Assembly: GCA_049969975.1 (NCBI GenBank)
Contig: JBMFNW010000001.1
Coordinates: forward strand, 232 to 64,231
Direction: 5' to 3'
DNA length: 64,000 nt
Origin: Candidatus Nanoarchaeia archaeon
GTDB lineage: Archaea > Nanobdellota > Nanobdellia > UBA10117
The notes under the pieces are model-generated. The model searched no databases. It worked only from the letters and a program-made list of their open reading frames with translations, and was not told the origin of the DNA. The translations under genes were made by a program, and so were the position numbers. Below are positions 59,488 through 64,000 of the stretch, one piece after another; position 1 is the first letter of the stretch; each line of letters starts with the position of its first letter.

Positions 59488-61269
59488 ATGCCACGCATCA
59501 AAAAAGCCAAATTTGAGACAAAAGAAGAAAAACAAACTTTTTGGCACTCAAGTGCTCATGTTTTAGCAGATGCTGTGAAAAGACTTTGGCCAAATGTAAA
59601 ACTCTGCATCGGACCAGCCATAGATGAGGGCTTCTATTATGATTTTGATAAAAAAGAGCCTTTCACACAAGAAGATTTAAAAAAGATAGAAGAAGAAATG
59701 ACTAAAATTATTACAGCAAATTTGGAATTTAAACAAGTTTTACTTTCTAAAAAAGAAGCAGAGGCTCTATTAAAAGACGAGCCGTATAAGCTAGAGCTTT
59801 TGAAAGAAATACCAGAAGAAAAAGTTTCTTTTTACCAACATGGAAAATTTATAGATTTGTGTAAAGGCCCACACATTCAATCAACAGGGCAAATTGGAGC
59901 AATAAAGCTCTTAAATACTGCATCAGCATATTGGCGAGGAGATCCAAAAAAGCCAATCCTACAAAGAATTTATGGAATTAGTTTTCCAACTAAAGAAGAG
60001 CTGGAACAATTCTTAAAGAAAAGAGAGGAAGCTGCCGCTCGTGATCACGCAAAGCTTGGTCCACAACTCGAACTTTTTCAAATATTTCCAGAATCAATTG
60101 GTTCGGGCTTACCAATATTTTTACCCAAAGGTGCGCTATTGAGAAGAATAATTGAAGATTATTGGAAAGCAGAGCATGAAAAGCGGGGCTATTTGCCTCT
60201 TTGGACCCCACATATTGGCAAAAAAACTTTATGGATTAAATCCGGACATTGGGCAATGTATTCTGATTCGATGTATGCACCCATTAAAATAGATGAAGAT
60301 GAATATTTACTTAAACCAATGAACTGCCCGTTTCATATTCATGCGTATTTATCAAAGCCAAGAAGCTATAAAGAATTACCAATAAAATATTATGAGCTTG
60401 CAACAGTATACCGAGCAGAAGCAAGTGGTGCATTACACGGTTTGACAAGAGTTCGAGGCATAACACAAGATGACCATCACATATTTTGCAGCCCAGATCA
60501 AATTAAAGATGTTTTTACAGAATTAATTGATTTCGGGCTGAGTATTTTACACGCATTTGGGTTTGAAAAAAAAGAAATGAAAGTACGACTTTCACTAAAA
60601 GATCCAAAAAGTGAAAAATACTTGGGCGATGCAGTCATTTGGGATAAAGCAGAAAATGCTCTGCGCGAAATTTTAAAAGAAAGAAATATGAATTATTACG
60701 AGGGTATTGGAGAAGCAGCATTTTACGGGCCTAAAATTGATGTTCTTTTTGAAGATGCTCTTGGTAGAGAGTGGCAATGTTTCACTGCTCAGCTCGATTT
60801 TAATTTACCACAACGCTTTGACTTAACATATACTGGTGCAGATAATGCACCCCATAGACCTGTTATAATTCACAGCGCTTTCTTTGGCTCAATAGAGAGG
60901 TTTATGAGTTTGCTAATAGAGAAGTATGTGGGTGCTTTTCCAGTTTGGCTCGCTCCAGTACAAGTAAAAATTCTTAGTTTTACAGATAGAAATGTAAATT
61001 ATGCTAAGTCTGTTGAGAAATGTTTGCGGGAAGCAGGATTGAGAGTAGAAGTAAATTACGAGCCGGAAACAGTAGAGTATAAAGTTAGAGAAGCAGAACT
61101 ACAAAAAATTCCAGCAATAATTGTTTGTGGAGATAAAGAAGAAAAAAATCAAACAATTGCTGTTCGCTGGAGAGGTACAAATAAAGTGCAATTCGGTGTT
61201 AAAGTTGAAGATTTTATTAAAAAAATGAAACTTTTGGAGAGCAGCAAAGCCATTTCACTCGAGGTATAA
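59488..61269 (+). CDS. thrS: Threonyl-tRNA synthetase (bacterial-type core, no TGS domain)
   Basis: HSSAH editing/second-additional-domain motif, class II catalytic motifs and a C-terminal anticodon-binding domain. 593 aa. Confidence 0.85.
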   Translation: MPRIKKAKFETKEEKQTFWHSSAHVLADAVKRLWPNVKLCIGPAIDEGFYYDFDKKEPFTQEDLKKIEEEMTKIITANLEFKQVLLSKKEAEALLKDEPYKLELLKEIPEEKVSFYQHGKFIDLCKGPHIQSTGQIGAIKLLNTASAYWRGDPKKPILQRIYGISFPTKEELEQFLKKREEAAARDHAKLGPQLELFQIFPESIGSGLPIFLPKGALLRRIIEDYWKAEHEKRGYLPLWTPHIGKKTLWIKSGHWAMYSDSMYAPIKIDEDEYLLKPMNCPFHIHAYLSKPRSYKELPIKYYELATVYRAEASGALHGLTRVRGITQDDHHIFCSPDQIKDVFTELIDFGLSILHAFGFEKKEMKVRLSLKDPKSEKYLGDAVIWDKAENALREILKERNMNYYEGIGEAAFYGPKIDVLFEDALGREWQCFTAQLDFNLPQRFDLTYTGADNAPHRPVIIHSAFFGSIERFMSLLIEKYVGAFPVWLAPVQVKILSFTDRNVNYAKSVEKCLREAGLRVEVNYEPETVEYKVREAELQKIPAIIVCGDKEEKNQTIAVRWRGTNKVQFGVKVEDFIKKMKLLESSKAISLEV

Positions 61270-61310
61270 ATCAAAGTGTAAAATATAAATGTAATAAAAA
61301 AGTATAAAAT

Positions 61311-62159
61311 ATGGATTTTTTGAGAAAAAAAGCACTCATTTTTTTGCTACTAATGTTTATTTTATTTATTTTTATAATTGTTTTAATTCCTGAAAAAGAA
61401 AAAAGTTGTGATGAGCTTATTTCTGAAATTCCTAAATTAATTGAACAAGCGAAAGCAGCAAGGGCATTTTATGTTAGTAATGTTATTGATGGCGATACAA
61501 TTGTTTTGGATAATGGTAAAAAAGTTAGGTTGCTTGGAATTAATGCGCCAGAAAAAGACATGCCTTTTTATGATTCTGCCAAAAATTTCACCAAAAATTT
61601 AACATTAGGTAAAAAAGTCTATTTGGTAAGAGATTCTTCTGACAAAGATCTCTATGGACGATCTTTAAGATATGTTTTTACAGAAGATGTTTTTGTAAAT
61701 GCAGAATTACTAAAGCAAGGTTTGGCAACACTTTTCATTGTTGAGCCAAATACAAAATATGCTAAGTTATTTTCTTGTTTGGAAGAGTATGCTAGGCAAA
61801 ACAAACTTTCTATTTGGTCTAAAACAAAACATTACTCTTTAAATATCACAGTAAATTTTGATGCCCCTGGCAGCGATTCTGAAAATTTGAATGGCGAATT
61901 TGTTCAAATTTGGAATTTTGGAACAGAACCAATAAATCTTACAGGTTGGATTATAAAAGATGCAGCCAAACATATTTACAAGTTTGAAAATTTTGTTTTG
62001 CTTCCAAATAAAAAAGTAACCATTTATACTGGTTTTGGAAATGATTCTGATGAAGAATTATATTGGAATTCAGAAGCGCCTATTTGGAACAATGATGGTG
62101 ACACTGCATATTTATTTGATAATGAAGGTAATTTAGTTGCTTGGTTAACTTTTCCCTAA
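61311..62159 (+). CDS. Membrane-anchored staphylococcal-nuclease (SNase/thermonuclease)-like protein with C-terminal lamin-tail domain
   Basis: N-terminal TM. SNase motifs (VIDGDTIVL; RLLGINAPE; YGRSLRYVF). C-terminal LTD (NLNGEFVQIWNFGTEPINLTGWIIKD...TIYTG). Confidence 0.7.
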   Translation: MDFLRKKALIFLLLMFILFIFIIVLIPEKEKSCDELISEIPKLIEQAKAARAFYVSNVIDGDTIVLDNGKKVRLLGINAPEKDMPFYDSAKNFTKNLTLGKKVYLVRDSSDKDLYGRSLRYVFTEDVFVNAELLKQGLATLFIVEPNTKYAKLFSCLEEYARQNKLSIWSKTKHYSLNITVNFDAPGSDSENLNGEFVQIWNFGTEPINLTGWIIKDAAKHIYKFENFVLLPNKKVTIYTGFGNDSDEELYWNSEAPIWNNDGDTAYLFDNEGNLVAWLTFP

Positions 62160-62471
62160 CCTTTTTTCTTTGATGTATGGATACCTATTGATGTGACCAC
62201 AAGCCTTGCATATGTATTCTACTGCTTTGAGTTTTGGATTCAATTTAATTTGTACATTTTTACCTGGTTGGAGCCAAGTATAGCATTTGTGACAAAACTT
62301 TCTTCTTTGTTCTCTCGAGAATCTTAAATTAAATTTCATCGCGAGTTTTCTTGCTAAAAAAAGGTATCTTGTTGCACGATCGATATTCCCAGTTTTAGCT
62401 GCAGCTTCAGCCTCTTTAAAAAGTATGTCAATACGTTCAGAAGCAATTTTTTTCCAATCAGATTTTAGCAT
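62145..62471 (-). CDS. rpr2: RNase P protein subunit Rpr2/Rpp21
   Basis: 108 aa with N-terminal helices and a zinc ribbon (CHKCYTWL...CKACGH). Confidence 0.7.
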   Translation of the reverse strand: MLKSDWKKIASERIDILFKEAEAAAKTGNIDRATRYLFLARKLAMKFNLRFSREQRRKFCHKCYTWLQPGKNVQIKLNPKLKAVEYICKACGHINRYPYIKEKRLGKS

Positions 62472-62476
62472 AACAA

Positions 62477-62593
62477 TGCTAGCAGCTTTCCACCCTTCCC
62501 GCCTGTTCGGCAGTACAAAGTGGAACGTTGCTGGGATTCACTTCCGTGTTCGGAATGGGTACGGGTCTTGCCCCAGCACTTTGACCGCTAGCA
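62477..62593 (-). rRNA. rrf: 5S rRNA
   Basis: Reverse complement contains CCCATTCCGAACACGGAAGTGAA (loop C/helix III signature). The 5' UGCUAGC pairs with the 3' GCUAGCA (helix I). TATA-like ATATTTAAAAAT lies about 25 nt upstream on the minus strand. Ends +/-3 nt. Confidence 0.8.
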
Positions 62594-62767
62594 TTTTCTT
62601 TTTTATGTTTGGATTTTTAAATATTGCGCTTCGTTTACAAACGTTTACAAATTTATTCGCAGAAGCTCCAATTTTTAGGGTGGGTCCAAAACCCCAAAAG
62701 CTTTGGCAAGGAGAACATATTGGAATGCCATAATAAAATTTTAAAATTTAACGAATGCCATAATAAG

Positions 62768-63601
62768 ATGGCTAATGCGTGTGCAGAGCTTTGGTTATTC
62801 GGCGATGAGATAGAACCATCATCTTTGATTGAGGCTGTATATGGGACTGATAAACGCTTAAGAAGTTATAGAATTGACAAAGATACTGGAAAGCTTGAAT
62901 TACTTGAAGATAAAAGTTACAATTGCAGCAACGATAATTTAACACCTTCTGTATTATTAACTAAAGCGTTTATTGATTATATAAAAGCTAAAGTCAATGA
63001 TGAGCGTCTTGCGATATTTGATTTTTATGGTAAGGGGCAGTATGGTGATTTAGTGGAGGAGACTAAGTTTTACGAACAGCGTCTGAACAATGCAATATTT
63101 AAAGTATTTGAGACAGCACCATATTCAAACAGACCGCTTGAGCGAATAGTGATTGATACGATAATGAATTTCAAGGACGAGCGTGGGAAAGAGTGTAAGG
63201 ATATCACTCGGAATATGATGCTTAGAGCTCCGCCAGTGTATCTTTGTCTTAATAGTTATATTGAAGATGGCAAGGTAATACGCAGAGATAGTAAAGATAC
63301 TTTAGGTTCGATAGAATTAATAGAATACTATAAAAATAGTAAAATACTTGAGGAAAAACGTAAATTATATAGAATTGGAAAAATAGATGAAAATGAGTTT
63401 ATGAACTATTTTGTTAATATGTTGTTTTCCTGGAATAAATGTATGATGTATAATTTGAATCATCTTGAATGTGTGTTGAATGAATTATTGAAGCGTAAAG
63501 ATGAATCGATTAATAGAGATGTATCTATTGATGTATCTTATGTGTATGTTAGCATGGAAAAAGGTGATGAATATAAGTTTCCACCACCAGGTTATTTGTG
63601 A
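62768..63601 (+). CDS. Hypothetical protein (ORFan)
   Basis: 278 aa from MANACAELW. The track ORF is extended upstream through the 5S promoter region. No recognisable motif. Confidence 0.4.
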   Translation: MANACAELWLFGDEIEPSSLIEAVYGTDKRLRSYRIDKDTGKLELLEDKSYNCSNDNLTPSVLLTKAFIDYIKAKVNDERLAIFDFYGKGQYGDLVEETKFYEQRLNNAIFKVFETAPYSNRPLERIVIDTIMNFKDERGKECKDITRNMMLRAPPVYLCLNSYIEDGKVIRRDSKDTLGSIELIEYYKNSKILEEKRKLYRIGKIDENEFMNYFVNMLFSWNKCMMYNLNHLECVLNELLKRKDESINRDVSIDVSYVYVSMEKGDEYKFPPPGYL

Positions 63602-63694
63602 CTAATTTCTTCTTTTGCATCCAACAGAAAACAACAAAACGTTGTATTGATGGTATGCAAAAGACATAAAAAGCACAAATATAATTATTAAAGC

Positions 63695-64000
63695 ATGGCC
63701 GTTAAAATTCCAGAATTTGAACCAAAAATAAGAGCTAAGCCAAATGCTGAACTGCAAATCTCAGAAGACATTTTAACACCTTTAGTTCCTCAATTTAGGA
63801 AAACTGCAGGGTCTAAAGAAATAGAACTTAAATTACTAGTAAAACCAAAAAAAGGCGCCACAGTTATAGTTGGCTTCCCCGGTTTTGGCTACGTTGCAAC
63901 AATCGCCACAGAATATCTTATAGATCATTTGAAAACACACCCACTTGGTGAGATTTGGTCTTCTCAACTAACATCAGCAGCATTCATACATGAAGGAAGA
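63695..64000 (+). CDS. PAC2-family proteasome assembly chaperone-like protein (3'-partial)
   Basis: MAVKIPEFEP...ATVIVGFPGFGYVATIATEYLIDHL has the PAC2 GFPGxG motif. It is open to the window end. Confidence 0.55.
   Translation, partial: MAVKIPEFEPKIRAKPNAELQISEDILTPLVPQFRKTAGSKEIELKLLVKPKKGATVIVGFPGFGYVATIATEYLIDHLKTHPLGEIWSSQLTSAAFIHEGR

Noticed and set aside
62425-62733. 102-aa plus-strand ORF
   Set aside because: It overlaps the minus-strand 5S rRNA (62477..62593) and its promoter. Its translation is low-complexity.

Overview
This is a gene-dense, AT-rich archaeal chromosomal segment, roughly one-third G+C by eye outside the rRNA genes, with Shine-Dalgarno-like GGAGGTG motifs upstream of many genes. 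The content is overwhelmingly informational and housekeeping and resembles a reduced, DPANN-like archaeon. Protein genes include a thermosome subunit, Cdc48, a family-B DNA polymerase, RadA and RadB, a type IA topoisomerase, Topo VI A and B, and aIF-1A, aIF-2beta and a KH protein. There are five aminoacyl-tRNA synthetases (Ser, Cys, Arg, Tyr/Trp-class, Thr), methionine aminopeptidase, RtcA, GdhA, a TldD/PmbA pair, rubrerythrin, HtpX, an MtaB-like methylthiotransferase, an MFS transporter, a histone-fold protein and an MC1 nucleoid protein. RNA genes are an rRNA operon 16S-tRNAAla(UGC, 12-nt intron)-23S, followed by a reduced ~261-nt RNase P RNA, and an unlinked 5S rRNA on the minus strand ending 5 nt upstream of the RNase P protein gene rpr2. 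Eight tRNAs are callable (Cys, Ser, Glu, Ile-UAU with a 31-nt canonical intron, Leu, Ala, Gln, Arg). Accessory-looking parts are two tandem class-III-signal pilin genes plus a distant A24 prepilin peptidase, an orphan Cas4-like nuclease, a membrane-anchored SNase-LTD nuclease, an AT-rich ORFan islet beside a divergent tRNA pair, and a wHTH regulator preceded by nested GTTTAAAC palindromes and a thrice-repeated CTCTCACTTTTTGA motif. Several small genes below the 60-aa ORF cutoff were recovered by eye (Sec61beta, two zinc ribbons, a 45-aa polybasic protein). Many ORF-track entries are antisense or rRNA-internal artefacts, and several real genes have over-extended N-termini that run across tRNA genes. 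No CRISPR array, cas operon, intein or obvious transposase is visible.
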